Origin: Rebecca billardiae RCC1528 | Lineage: Eukaryota > Protista > Haptophyta | Assembly (NCBI GenBank): GCA_965240325.2 | Contig: OZ251232.1 | Span: 1,178,001-1,242,000 of the forward strand | Direction of reading: 5' to 3' | DNA: 64,000 nt | In this document: piece by piece, positions 22,791-34,691 of the stretch | Position numbering within the stretch: position 1 is the first letter of the stretch | Layout: the number at the start of each line of letters is the position of its first letter | Program-made: the position numbers and the translations under genes | Notes under the pieces: model-generated | What the model saw: only the letters and a program-made list of their open reading frames with translations | Told to the model about the DNA's origin: nothing | Database searches by the model: none

Positions 22791-23623
22791 CCGCCGCCCA
22801 GCTGGAGCACCTCAGCGCCGCACGGGCCTCTGCGCGCGCTGCGCACCACCGCGCGCGCGAGAGACACGTCGACCTGAGCATCGCCACCGCTCCTTGCCGT
22901 TGACGGTTGAGGGCGATCAGCACGCCATCGCCGTCACCGCCGAAGTGGCGCAACGCGGGTGCAGTCGCCGGGAGATACTATGACTAGACAGTAGTCAATG
23001 ACAGTAAAACGGTACGTACGATTTTAATATAAAGACCGGGCCCATTACACTGATTTCAAATAATAATAACCGTTAGAAATCAACATAGAGAGACAGAGAG
23101 ACAGAGAGACAGAAATCGGTAGGATGCACTGAACATCACACTCCGCCACAACTTGAACTGTTTTCGTGTTTAGCTCCAAGGACAAACCGTCACCGTCAGG
23201 CGCACACGGGCACGCCGCCGTCGCACGCCAATCAGTTGGCAGTGCGTGCGCGCAGTCGAAGGCTCGGCACGATGACGAGTAGCATCACAGTGGGTGCAGG
23301 AATACACGCGCAATCACACTGTCGCTGAGCTCGCACCAGAGTCATCTGTCGCGTTATTATTCGTCAGTGAGTCGGGTAGCTCACAATCATCTCGGTATGA
23401 TGTCGCATTGTTATTATTCGTAGTCATCCTGCCCGTCAAACCGCTATAAATAAAAGGCGCGAACCCGCTGGGGAAATATTGCGACAGCACTGGCACGGCC
23501 CGCCGACCCCCCCGCCCGCCAGGGCTGAGTTTATAAAAAAAAGGTCACTCGCCCCGACGAGCCTCGTCACGCCTCGCCGTCGGGCCTCACGCCCTCGCTC
23601 TCTTCACCGTTTGACAGTGGGCC

Positions 23624-24793
23624 ATGGCGGCTGCACTTGCAGCCATATACGCGGCGATAGCGGTATCGCCCGGCGTGCTGAACGTGTCGGCCGCAGCGGC
23701 GTCGATCGTCGACCTGGTCCCTGCCCACAGTGTCACCGTCACCGTGACGCCCGGCCATGATGTGTACATGTGCACCATGCTGCGCGTCATAGCACCCGCC
23801 GGCTCGGCATTGCCAGTGGTTCGACGCACGCAGTGGCACGTGACGCCTGGCAACTTGCGCAACATTCACCACATCCTCGTGCGCGCCTGCGACACCGACG
23901 AGCAATCGCACGGCCCGCTCGGCGAGCCCTTTCACTGCAACGCCGACCGTCGGAAGGAGGCGCACTGCAAGGACCCGTGGGACAGCGGCTACCCGCTCTT
24001 CTTCCCGCGCGGCTTCGCGCAGGCGCTCGGGCGGCACTTGATGCTCGAGGTGCACTACAAGGCACCCACCGGCCCCAGGCGGATCGTCGATCGCTCCGGG
24101 ATCCGCCTCACCCTCGACCTTCCCTCGGCGCACGCGCACGCCACGGCGCTTGTGTCGCGGGTGGCCGTGACGCACTATGGCATGGAGGCCAACTTGCCGC
24201 TGGGCCACATCCCGCCGCGCCAGCCAAGCTACCCCGTGAACTTCAGCTGCCCCGCCACGTGCGTCTCGTGCGTCCTGTCGCGCCTCGGCGCCGACGCGCT
24301 CGCCATCGTAGCGCTCTACCACCACATGCACGCGGCCGGCGCCGGCGCGGCCACTGTGGTCCGGCGGCCGAGCGGTGCCGAGTTCACGCTCACGCGGGAG
24401 CCGACGCGGATGGTCGTCCTCAAGCGGCCGGCGCTCGTGCGCCGCGGCGACGCGCTGCACCTCACATGCGCGTTCAACACGTCCGATCGCAGCACGCCCA
24501 CGCTGCTCGGCGAGGACCACGCCGTGCACGAGATGTGCATCTCGCACATGATCGCCGCGCCCGTGAGGCTGTCTGAGCTCGGCCTCGCCAAGGCGAGCAC
24601 GCCCCCCGGCGAGCCGCGCTTCGTGTGCGTCGGCGCTCGAGGCGAGGCCGAGGCCGGCGGCGTGCCCGCACGAGGAGTCTCCGCGCGGGACGCCGCGACG
24701 CAGCGACGTCTGGCAGCCATGCCGAAGGTGGGCGCCTGCCCGTGCAGCGCCGGCTGCCGCTCCTTCCGGCGGTTGCAGCCCTCATGCGGGTGA
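23624..24793 (+). CDS. Copper type II ascorbate-dependent monooxygenase (PHM/PAM/DBH-like)
   Basis: Signal-like N-terminus, CuH ligands NIHHIL and LEVHY, CuM ligands YHHMH and HEMC. Confidence 0.8.
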   Translation: MAAALAAIYAAIAVSPGVLNVSAAAASIVDLVPAHSVTVTVTPGHDVYMCTMLRVIAPAGSALPVVRRTQWHVTPGNLRNIHHILVRACDTDEQSHGPLGEPFHCNADRRKEAHCKDPWDSGYPLFFPRGFAQALGRHLMLEVHYKAPTGPRRIVDRSGIRLTLDLPSAHAHATALVSRVAVTHYGMEANLPLGHIPPRQPSYPVNFSCPATCVSCVLSRLGADALAIVALYHHMHAAGAGAATVVRRPSGAEFTLTREPTRMVVLKRPALVRRGDALHLTCAFNTSDRSTPTLLGEDHAVHEMCISHMIAAPVRLSELGLAKASTPPGEPRFVCVGARGEAEAGGVPARGVSARDAATQRRLAAMPKVGACPCSAGCRSFRRLQPSCG

Positions 24794-24874
24794 CGGTGTT
24801 CGTTGTCGTAGTAGCAGGGACTGCCTTATTCTGACCGACGCAGCAAGCTGTACGCCTCGTTAAAATTTCATATT

Positions 24875-24876
<2 letters not shown>

Positions 24877-24913
<37 letters not shown>

Positions 24914-25004
24914 TGTGTGTGTGTGTGCGTGTCAGTGTGTGTGTGTATGATGGCGCCGAGGCGCTTCTGAGGTGACGCAGCCGTACTAGACACACACACA
25001 CACA

Positions 25005-25055
<51 letters not shown>
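24877..25055. repeat. Inverted microsatellite pair (GT)n...(AC)n
   Basis: (GT)17-AC-(GT)7 at 24877-24926 is mirrored by (AC)8-GT-(AC)24 at 24990-25055. Confidence 0.92.
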
Positions 25056-25059
<4 letters not shown>

Positions 25060-25350
25060 TGCGCTTATTGCTGATGATGCGCTGCTTACTCTGATGCTGA
25101 GAGTCAGTCAGAGTGAGATGATGTCGATCGGACGACGACGACAATCGTGGCGGCTGGACTGATCATCTGCCGAGAGTGCTAGCTGACTGGACTGATACGG
25201 ACCGCTATGATGTCAGCTAGCACCCTGCTGATGACGGCGACAGTGCTGGCTTGCCCGCTTGCCCGCGGGCCGCTTGCACCCGGCCGCACAGCGTCCGGGA
25301 CCGGGAGGCGTCAGTGTCTCGCGGACGAGGCATCAGTCACTCAACCGGTA

Positions 25351-26274
25351 CTACACCATGTCGTCGGATTCTGATGGCTTCGGTGCTCGACCCCTTCGCG
25401 TCTGCGCGTTCGCATACGACGGCGGCGGCGCAGAGCACAACGGCACGTCCCCCTCGCGCGGCATCGGCGGCGCAGACGGCGCCACTGATGCCAACCTCGT
25501 GCCCCCAGGTCCGGAGGCTGTGACGGGCAGTGAGACAGCCGCAGGGTACGCAGCCGCTGTTCGCGCCGGCGCTGCTCGGGCCGTTGGCGGCTGCTCCTCG
25601 CGAAGCAGCGGCACGGCCGTCGCGTGCACGACCGCAGACCCGCCGAACGGGCTTAGCGGACGCTCGTACGCCTTGCCACGCGCTTGCTGCTTCGCGCGGA
25701 CGAAGAGCAGCCACAGCCCTGCCAGCACAATCACCAACGCCGCTCCCGAGAAGATCAGAGCGAGTGCGGAGATCCAGAGCGCACCCACGAGACAGGCGGC
25801 GACGAGCAGCTCCTCCACGAGGCTCACGCACGGGTTGCACCAGCCGAATGTCGCGGCGGTCGAGACCAGCCGCGTCGCCATCTTGCACGTGTGCGCGCAC
25901 ACGGCCAGTAGGCCGCCGATGAGAGCAACGGCGATGTGCGCGCGCAGTGAGTCCGCTGGCGAGAGCGTGGGCGCCATGAGGGAGATGGCGCCGGCAATGG
26001 CGTGCACGGGAACGAGCATGCTATGCGCGGCATTGTCCAGGGCCGGCACCTTGTCCTGTGCGAACTCGATGATGAAGCACAGCGCGAGGACAAAGGCTGC
26101 AGTGTTCGCTCGCAGCCACTTGATCACGGGCGACTCGTCCAGCGGCAAGTCGTCCATGGCGTGTGCGCTCGCAAGGATGAGAAGTGGCAGGGTGGCGCGG
26201 TACCCGGCGCTCGTCGCCGCCACGACCCCTACCGCATAATGCTCGAGGACCGCGATCCACGCGGGGACTGTCAT
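25351..26274 (-). CDS. DUF4126-like integral membrane protein
   Basis: Multiple TM segments with motifs SAGYRATLPLL, IEFAQDKVPALDNAAH and RLVSTAATFGWCNPCVSLVEE, typical of the mostly bacterial DUF4126 family. The ORF is intronless. Confidence 0.75.
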   Translation of the reverse strand: MTVPAWIAVLEHYAVGVVAATSAGYRATLPLLILASAHAMDDLPLDESPVIKWLRANTAAFVLALCFIIEFAQDKVPALDNAAHSMLVPVHAIAGAISLMAPTLSPADSLRAHIAVALIGGLLAVCAHTCKMATRLVSTAATFGWCNPCVSLVEELLVAACLVGALWISALALIFSGAALVIVLAGLWLLFVRAKQQARGKAYERPLSPFGGSAVVHATAVPLLREEQPPTARAAPARTAAAYPAAVSLPVTASGPGGTRLASVAPSAPPMPREGDVPLCSAPPPSYANAQTRRGRAPKPSESDDMV

Positions 26275-26622
26275 CCGCGTCGATGGATGCGACGAGCTCG
26301 GCAAGAGCACTCCTGTAGCAACTACTTAGCAAGTGGTCTTGGAACCCGGCTGATTTGGCGACGACTTTTTTGTAGTAGCGGTTGATGGTACCGAATAAAT
26401 GTTTCGCGCGCTGACCGTTGGTTTTAAATTCCCCTTTATAACGGGCTCCGGGTGATCAGACTGGCGGCCGAAGCCTCCAGCCCTACCCTGGCCAGCCCCC
26501 GTTGGTCACGTACATTTTTCGCGCGAGACCGTCACGATAGTCTTTATTAGCAGCTGCGCTACAGTTTAGATGAGCAGCAGCCTGCTACTGCTTGCCGAAT
26601 GTCGTCGTCACCATCATCATCA

Positions 26623-28236
26623 TCAGGCGGTCCCGACGCCTTGAGCGGCGGCCGCCGGTGCGGTCGCTGCCGGGGGCGCAGCAGGCATGCGCGGGTGCGA
26701 GTGCTGCCGCGTGTGCGGCGGCGGCGGCGGCGCGCGCGACGACTGCGCGCCGGCGCCGCCGGCGCCGCCGCCACCGTCGGCGGCGGTCGCGGGCGGCAGC
26801 CTTGAGGACGTGGCCGCGGTCGTCGTCGAGCTCGTGAGGAGGCCGGGGCCGTGCGCGCGCGCGCTGCCGCCCTCGAGGAGCCCCGCCGTGCCGCTCGGCG
26901 CGAAGAACAGGTCCACCGCCTGCGTGCGCGCCTCCGCCCACGCGCGCGAGTGCGCGAGCAGTGGCCCGATGTCAGCGCGGTGCGCCTCGTCTCGCTCCAG
27001 CGCGCGCAGCAGCTGCACCGCGCGCGCCTGGCGGGCAGGGCCGCAGCGGGCAGCAGGCGAGCGCGCGCGGGCGCGCGGGTGGCGCGGGCGTCAGCTGCGG
27101 CGCGCGCGCGCGGCAGCTTGTGGCGGCGCTTGGCGCTCGGCCGCAACGCCCGGCGTGAGCGCGTGGGGAGTGCCTCCCCGCGCGCCCTCCGATCCCCACG
27201 CGCACCCAGGCCTCCCCACAGGCCGCACGCACGCGCACGCCCGCCGCCCTCCGCTGCACGCACGCACGCACGCACGCGGCGCCGCCGCCGCCGCCGCGCG
27301 CGCGCTCGCGCGCTCCCTCCCGCCTGCCGTGCCGTGCGCCGTGCGCCGTGCGCCATGCGCCGTGCGCCGTGCGCCGTGCGCCGTGCGCGCACCTTGACCG
27401 CGGGCGGGTCGTCGTAGCGGCCGCACGCGCCGTCGAGCAGCTCGAGGCAGAGCTGAGGCACGCCGGCGCGCACGCACTGCAGCACGAGGTCCGGGAGCTG
27501 GCACATGAGCGTGAGCGCGTGCAGCACAAGCGGCGCGTGCGCGCACCGCGCGCGCAGCGCGTCCGCGAGGTGAGACGCCGAGTCGTAGCGGCGCAGCGCC
27601 TGAAGCCCCGGCTCTGAGGCAGCGAGCAACGCGGTCACTCGCACGGCGCACGCCTGCAGCCGCGCGTCGGCGCAGCCGGTGTGCGCGGTGAAGTGCGGCG
27701 CGCCGCCGAGCGCGGCCAGCTCCCGACAGAGCGTGGGCGTGCCGTGCAGCAAGGACACCAGGCTCGCACACGTCGCCTCCGCCGAGTCGGGGTGCGGCGC
27801 GCCCGCGGACGCGCCGCGGACGAGCGCGCCCGGGCCGGCGCGCGGCGGCGCGGCGGGCGGCGCGGCCGCGCCCACCAGCGCCTGCCACTCGCGCACGAGG
27901 GCCTCGAGGAAGCGCACGGGGCGGCGGAGCTCCCACGACGGCTGCTCGGCGAAGCGGCGCACGAACACGCCCCCAAGAACCAGCGCGCCCTCCGTCTGCG
28001 GGTACCGCACCGCCGGCGCGAACGCGGACGCGGAGGGCTGCGCGCCCGCGCGCGCCGCGGCGGCGAGCTCGGCGCACGCGGCGCGCAGCGCGGCAATCAA
28101 CTCGGCGCGCATCTCGGCGGTCCAGACGAGCTCGGGGTTGTCGTGCGAGCCGTCGAAGAGGCGGACGGCGGCGGACGCCTCGGGCGCGCTCGGCGAGGCC
28201 GAGCGCGCGCCGCCGCCGCCGCCGCCGCCCCCGCCC

Positions 28237-28268
<32 letters not shown>

Positions 28269-28571
28269 CGGCGCCGCGCCCGCGCCCGCCTGCTCGACCA
28301 TCGTCTCGACAAAGACGGGCGGCAGCAGCCTCGCGCACGCCGTGAGCACGCCCTCGCCCTGCTTGGCATCGGAGACGAGGCGGCCGAGCAGCGCGGCCGC
28401 TGCCTCTCGCGTGCCGTGCGCCTCCGCCGCCGTGAGCTCGCCGTCGTCGATGCCCGCCGCGCGCGCGGCCGCGCCGCCGCCGCCGCCGCCGCCGCCCGGC
28501 GCGGGCGGCGCGCCGCCCCTGCCGCCGCCCTTCCCGCCCTTCCCGCCCCCCTTTGCCACGACCAGCTTGCC

Positions 28572-28610
<39 letters not shown>

Positions 28611-31600
28611 CGGCGGGTCCCCGCCCTGCGTGTGCGCACCGCCGCCCTTCCCCGCCTCCGCCGCCGCGCCGCCCGGCGCCGGCCCCGCGGCGAACATCAG
28701 CAGGACGTACAGATGGCCGCCGTGCTTGGCAATGGCACCGGCCGCGTCGGACGACGCGGCGAGCGCGTGCAGCACGCGCAGCGCCGCGCGCGCGAACCTC
28801 GGCCTGTCGTGCACGACGAGCAGCGCCGCGGGCGCCCAGCAGCCATGCTCCTTGCCGAGCGCGTCGACGCACGCGCCCGAGCCGGTGACCGCCGCGGCGC
28901 ACGCGAGCGCGCGCGAGAGCACCTCCGTGGGTGCCGCCGCGCGCAGCAGCCGGAACAAAGCGTCATGCCGCCGCCGCTGGATCAGCTCTGACTCCGCCTC
29001 GGCGAGTCGGCTGAGCAGGTGGCGCAGGGCGTCGAGGGCGAGGCAGAGGTCCGCCCACGGCGGCGCGCGCGCGGGCGAGCGCGCGCCGCCCTTCGGGCCG
29101 CCGCCCGGCACAAGCGCGCCGCCGCCGCCGCCGCCCTCGCCGCCCGCGCCGCGCGCGCCGTCCGCACCCACATAGTCAAGCAGCGCGCGCGCGAACGCGC
29201 GCGTGGACTGCAGCGGGAAGCTCGGCTGCTCCACGAACACGCGCACGAACACGCCGCCGAGGACGAGCTCGGCCGCGAGCGCGGCGTACCGGAACGCGCC
29301 CGCCGCGGCGAGCGGCTCATACCCGTCCGCGCCGCGCGCGTGCTGCCGCGCCTGCTCGGCCAAAAAGTCGCCGAGCTCAGCGCGCATCGCGCCGTTCCAG
29401 ACGAGGTAGGGCGTGCGCGTGTTGGCCGCGAGCGCGCGCAGCAGCGGCTCGGGCTTGGGCTCGTCCAGCAGGGCGTGCAGCGCGCCGGGGAGCAGCGCGA
29501 GCAGCGCGCCGCGCACGCCGGCGTGCGCCGGCGTGCGCGCGCCGCCGTACCCGCCGAGCGCGCGCAGCGCGCCCACGGCCAGCTTGGCGTGTGCGTTGGT
29601 CAGCAGCTGCGTGTTCGTCTCGACCGCCGACTCGACCGCCGACTCCTCGAGGGTGAAGTCGTAGCGCAGCGCGAAGCGGAGGAGGAGCAGCGGCGCGCCC
29701 GCGCGCGCGAGCGCCTCCTGCGCGTGCGCGGACGCGCTCGCCGCGGCGCAGAAGCCGATCGCTGCCTCGGCGAGTGGAGGCAGCGTCGAGAAATGGAGCG
29801 CGCGCGCGCCGTCGCGCACGGCCGCGCGGAGTCCTTCCTCCGAGGCAAGGCGGTCGGCGAGCTCGACGGAGCTGGCGGCGGCGCAGCCGAGGACGCGCAG
29901 CATGCACGTCGCGACGGTGCTCACCACCGCGCCCGCGCCCGTCTGCGGCGTGAGCTGCGACGCGCACCGGTCCAGCAGCCACGCGCATCGCTCGAGCCCG
30001 CCCTCGCGCGCGAGCTCGGCGGCGTTGGCGGCCGCGACCGCCGTCGTGGCCTGAAGCACCTCGGCCAGAGGCACGAGCACGGGCGCGGACTGCGTGGAGA
30101 GCAGCCGCTCCTCGGGCGAGCTGGGCGGCGCGCGGCGGGCAGCCGTGCGCGCGGCGGGAGTGCGGAAGCGGGGCGGGCGCGTGTGGGCACGGTGGCGCGC
30201 CCCGCCGCGCGCGCGCTGCGGCCGCGCCCCGCGGAGGCAAGCGCCGCCGCGCCGCCACCGTGGGCGCGCGCGCCGGCATCGCACGCAGCACGCGCACACC
30301 TGATGAGCTCGAGCGTCTGCAGCAGCCGCGGGTACGCCGCGTACGTGAGCCGCGCCATCTCGGACGCGCACCGGCGGTACAGAATCACCTGCACGCGCAG
30401 CAGCAGCTCGAGCTGACCAAGCTCTGGCCCTGAGCACAGCGCACCCGGCGTCGTGAGCAGCTCATAGCAGCGCTGCACCGCCTCGAAGCGGTCGCGGGTC
30501 CCCGGGTTCTTGTCCGGGTGGTACCGGGCGGCGAGCTTGAGGTAGGCGCGGCGGAGGGTGGGCGAGCCCTCGCCGATCTCCGCGTCGGCCGGCAGCTCGA
30601 GCCCCGCCAGCGCCTCGGTGCGCGTGAGCGTCGCCGGCCTGCGCGCCAGCTCGTCCGCCCAGCGCGCAAGCACCGACTGCATCAGCCCGACCGGCTGCTC
30701 GATCGGCCACTCGGGGAACTTGGACTCGTCGCACAGGTGGCGGAGGTAGTACTGCGCGGGGCCCCGGCGTGGGCGGAGGGCGTGCGCGCGCGCGGGGGGG
30801 GGGGGGGGCAGCAGCGCGGGGCGCGGCGGGCACGCGCTCAGAGGCACCGGCGGGGCGCGCGGCGCCGTGCGCGCCGCCGTCCGCGCACGCGCACGCGCAC
30901 GCTCCAGCCGCGCGGCAGCAGCGCGCGCCGCCACGCGCGCGGGCGGCGCCGGCGCGCGCGGCGCGCCCGCGCGCGCAGCCCGCGCGCGCACCGTGCCGCA
31001 GTACAGCTCGCCCTGCAGCTGCGGGTACGCCACGCGCGGGATGGGGCAGTACTCATACAGCGCCAGCGGGTTAGCGTGCAGCCGCACCGCAAAGTCGCCG
31101 AGGTGGAGCGCGATCTGAGCGCGGCGCGGCACGGGGGCGGCGGGCGCGCGGCGCGTCGGGCGGCGGTGTGCGCGGCGGCGCGCGGTGCCGCGCCCGCCGC
31201 GGCGCGACGACGCGACCGCACGGCGCGCCGCGCCGCGCGAGGCGCGCGTGGGGCCGCGCGCCGCCGCGCCGCCGCGCCTCCGTGCGTAGCGCACAGCGCG
31301 CGAGCGCCAGACTGCGTGCGCATCGGCGCGAGCGCCGGACCTTCTCGACCATGAAGCGGCGCATCTCGTGCGACCAGATCGACTCGGGCGTCTCAAAGTC
31401 GCCGAGCAGCACCTCGGCGAAGCGGTCGGCGCCGCGCGTCTCGAGCACCGCGATCAGCGCGTCGGGCAGCAGCGGCGAGAGAATGGACGCGGACGCGCCG
31501 CCGCCGCCGCCGCCGTCCGCGCCGCCGCCGCCGTCCGCCGCCCACGCCTGCTGCCTGTGCGTGCGGCGGAGCAGCCGCGCGATCGGCCGCACGTTCGAGC

Positions 31601-32340
31601 CCGTGTACAGCAGGCAGAAGAAGAACGCCCCCGTCATGTACAGCCGCGGCGTGATCGCGTTGTCCTCGCACACGCACTCGAGCAGCTCGGCAGCGATCTC
31701 AACAATCTCGGGCTCGCCACACACGAGCAGCTGCGCGAGGTGCGGGAGCGTAACGGCCGAGGAGAGGCGGCGCTTGGGCGAGGGCGTCGGGTGGATGAGC
31801 GCGCCGTCGGCCGCGCGCGACGGGTGGTGCCGCACCAGCCGGAGCAGCAGCTCGAGCAGCGCGCGGCCGAGCGCGCGCGGCGAGAGCACCGCGTCGGCGC
31901 GCGGCGCGAGCAGGTGCCACTTGAGCGGCGCGACCTCGTGCGGGAGACCCCACTCCGCCATGCCCTGCGCCCACACGCGCACGGGCACCTGGCCGGGGCC
32001 CTCGCCGAAGACGATGCGCGCGGGCGGGAGCGGCGCGCCCCCGCCGCCCGCCGCGCGCGGCAGCTCCGAGCCGTCGAGCAGCCCTCCCAGCGCGCCGAAC
32101 TCGTCGAGCGCCGCGTCATCCGACTCGGCGCCCGCGCCGCCGTGCCGCCGTCGGATGCCGTCAAGCAGCGCGCGCAGCTGGCTGAGAGAGAAGGGGCCTT
32201 CGGCGCGGCCGTCGGCGGGGGCGCCGTCGCCGAGCGCGGCGGCGGCGACCGCGGCGGCGACGGTGAGCTGCGGCGCGGAGGAGGACGGCCGCCGGCCGCT
32301 GCCTGAGCCGCGGCGCCACCCTCGCCACCCGCCACCCTGC

Positions 32341-32393
<53 letters not shown>

Positions 32394-34638
32394 CTCGCCG
32401 CCCGCCGCCGGCTCGGCGTCCGCCTCCGCCTCCTCCTCCTCCTCCTCGGGCGGGCGCAGCGGCGCGCGGCACACGTACCACTCCGCCACCTCCTCCCGCC
32501 TCGACGCGTCCGCCGACGCTGTGAGCAGCTGACCGGCGCCGAGCAGACTCGAGTGCGCCGCCGCCTCGCCCTCCAGGTGAGTCAGGACGAGCAGGCCGAC
32601 CGTGTGCTCGACGCCGCGCGCGCGCATGAAGGGCGCGGTGTTCGCGGCGTTGGCGAGCAGCGCGCGCAGCAGCAGCACGAGCCGGTCGCGCAGCGGCCGC
32701 ACCTCCGTCTGCCGCAGCAGCCGCACCACGTGCGCCGTTTCCGCGAAAGGTCCGATCGCTCGGCCGTATGCGCCGTAGGTGGCTGTCATGCCCTCGACAC
32801 ACAGAAGCTTCACGGAAAGCGCGGGCTCGGTGAGCAGCCGGCGGAAGAGCTCGTCGAAAAAGCGGCCGGGGTTGTGCAGCACGACGGCGGTGCGGTTCGC
32901 CGACGAGAGCAGCACGCGCAGGTAGATCTCGCCCACGCGCAGCTCGCGCTCCAGCGAGCGCTCGTACCGCACGCTAAAGTCCGCGTGGTTCCAACAGACG
33001 GACTCGCCGGCGGGCGCGCGCGCCTGCGCCTGCCGCAGCGAGTCGACCTCGGCGCGGAGGGCCTCGCGCAGCTCGTCGCGCGTCGTGGCGTTCCACAGCA
33101 GGTCGGGCGCGACGTGGTCGCGCGACGCCGCGCTGAACAGCGCACTCCAGTTGGTGCCCGCCGACGCGGCCGCCGCGACCGCCGCCGCCTCGGCCGCGGC
33201 CGCGGCCGCGTCCGCCGCCGCGGCCGCCGCCGCTCGCTCCGAGTCGAGCGCCGCGCGCTGCTGCGGGCCGTTGGCGCACGCGCCGGCGGTGGGGCTGCCG
33301 GCGGACACGCCGTCGCACGCGCGCCGCCCGGCGCTCGCGTGCGCCAGCGCGGCGAGCTGCGCGCTGTGCGCCGCGGCGCGCGCGCCGTCGGCCGCGACGC
33401 GCGCGCGCACGCGCGCGGAGGCGAGCTCGGCCGCGCGACGCCACGCCGCCACGCTCGGCCCGCCGCCCGGCGGCTCGGGGCCGCCGCCCGTGGCCGCGCG
33501 CACCCAGCCCTCCGACGCGCCGCCCTGCGCCGCAGCCACTCCCGCGTGCGCCGCGTGCGCGCCGCGCGGCCCCGCCGGTGCCGCCGCAGGCTCCGCGGCG
33601 CGCAGCGTCCGCACAAGCGCCGGAGGCATCGAGCGCCGCAGGAGCGACAGCGAGGGGCCGTGGCCCGAGGCGAGGAGCGCGAGGGTGAGCCGCGCGCACT
33701 CGCGCAGCGCGCGCCCGCCCGCGTCCTCCGCGCTCGTGAACAGCGCCGCCTCGAGCGCGCCCAGCGTCGCGCCGCACCGCAGCGCCATTTCCCGGAAACG
33801 TCCGCCCTCCGCGCCAGAGCCGCTCAGCACGAGCGCATAGCTGAGGAGCACTGCCGCGCGGCGCACGGAGACGCACGCGTGCTCGAGCAGGCGGAAGAAG
33901 GGCTCGGCCATCGAGCGCACCGCGCCCATGCTCAGCGCGTGCACCTCCGCCGGCGTCGCGCCCGCCGACGGCTCGCACAGCAGCGCGGCCAGCAGCAGCA
34001 GCGCCGAGCGCACCACCAGCGCGCCCGTGCCGCCCAGGATGTGCGAGCGCAGGAGGAGGACAAGAGACGGGATGCCCGCGTCGGCGTCGCGGCCGAGGAG
34101 GAGGGCGCGGCAGCTGCGCTCGAGGGCGAGCTCCGCGCCCCCGCCCGGCGGCGCCTCCGGCCCGCCGTGCGCGCTCACCACGGCCGCCGAGGGCGCGGGC
34201 TTGCGCGGCGGCGGCGGCGCGGCGGACGCGGCCGGCGCGGCGACGTTCGCACACCCGTTTGGCCGCGCGGCCGCGCCGCCCTCCGCACGCGCCGAGCCGT
34301 TCGCGCCGGCGCAGCACCCGCTCGCGCTCAGCGCGCGCGGGCGCACGATGGCGTCCGACGACGCCGCGCGCGCCGGCGCCGCCCGAGGTCCCCCGCCGGC
34401 GCTGCGCGGCGCCACGCCACCGGAAGTGCTCCCAGCAATGAGCGCACCGCTCGCCGCCGCGCCGCAGGCAGACATGCTGACGCCGAGGCCGCTGCCGCCG
34501 AGCACGCCGGCGGCGGCGGCGTCGGCGTCGGCGTTGGCGTCGGCGGGCACGCTCGGCGCGGTCGGCGCGCGCGCGAGCGCGCGCTCCGGCGGCGGGTGCT
34601 GCGCGCCCGCGCCATCCGCCGCGCCATCCGCCGCGCCC

Positions 34639-34691
<53 letters not shown>

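Larger units (their letters stand above)
19962..26500. mobile_element. Putative TIR-bounded, gene-carrying (Pack-type) element with 64-bp perfect inverted repeats at 19962-20025 and 26437-26500
   Basis: GGGGGCTGGCCAGGGTAGGGCTGGAGGCTTCGGCCGCCAGTCTGATCACCCGGAGCCCGTTATA and its exact reverse complement. The 9-bp flanks GTTGGCCTT / GTTGGTCAC match at only 6 of 9 positions. No intact transposase was recognised. Confidence 0.5.
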
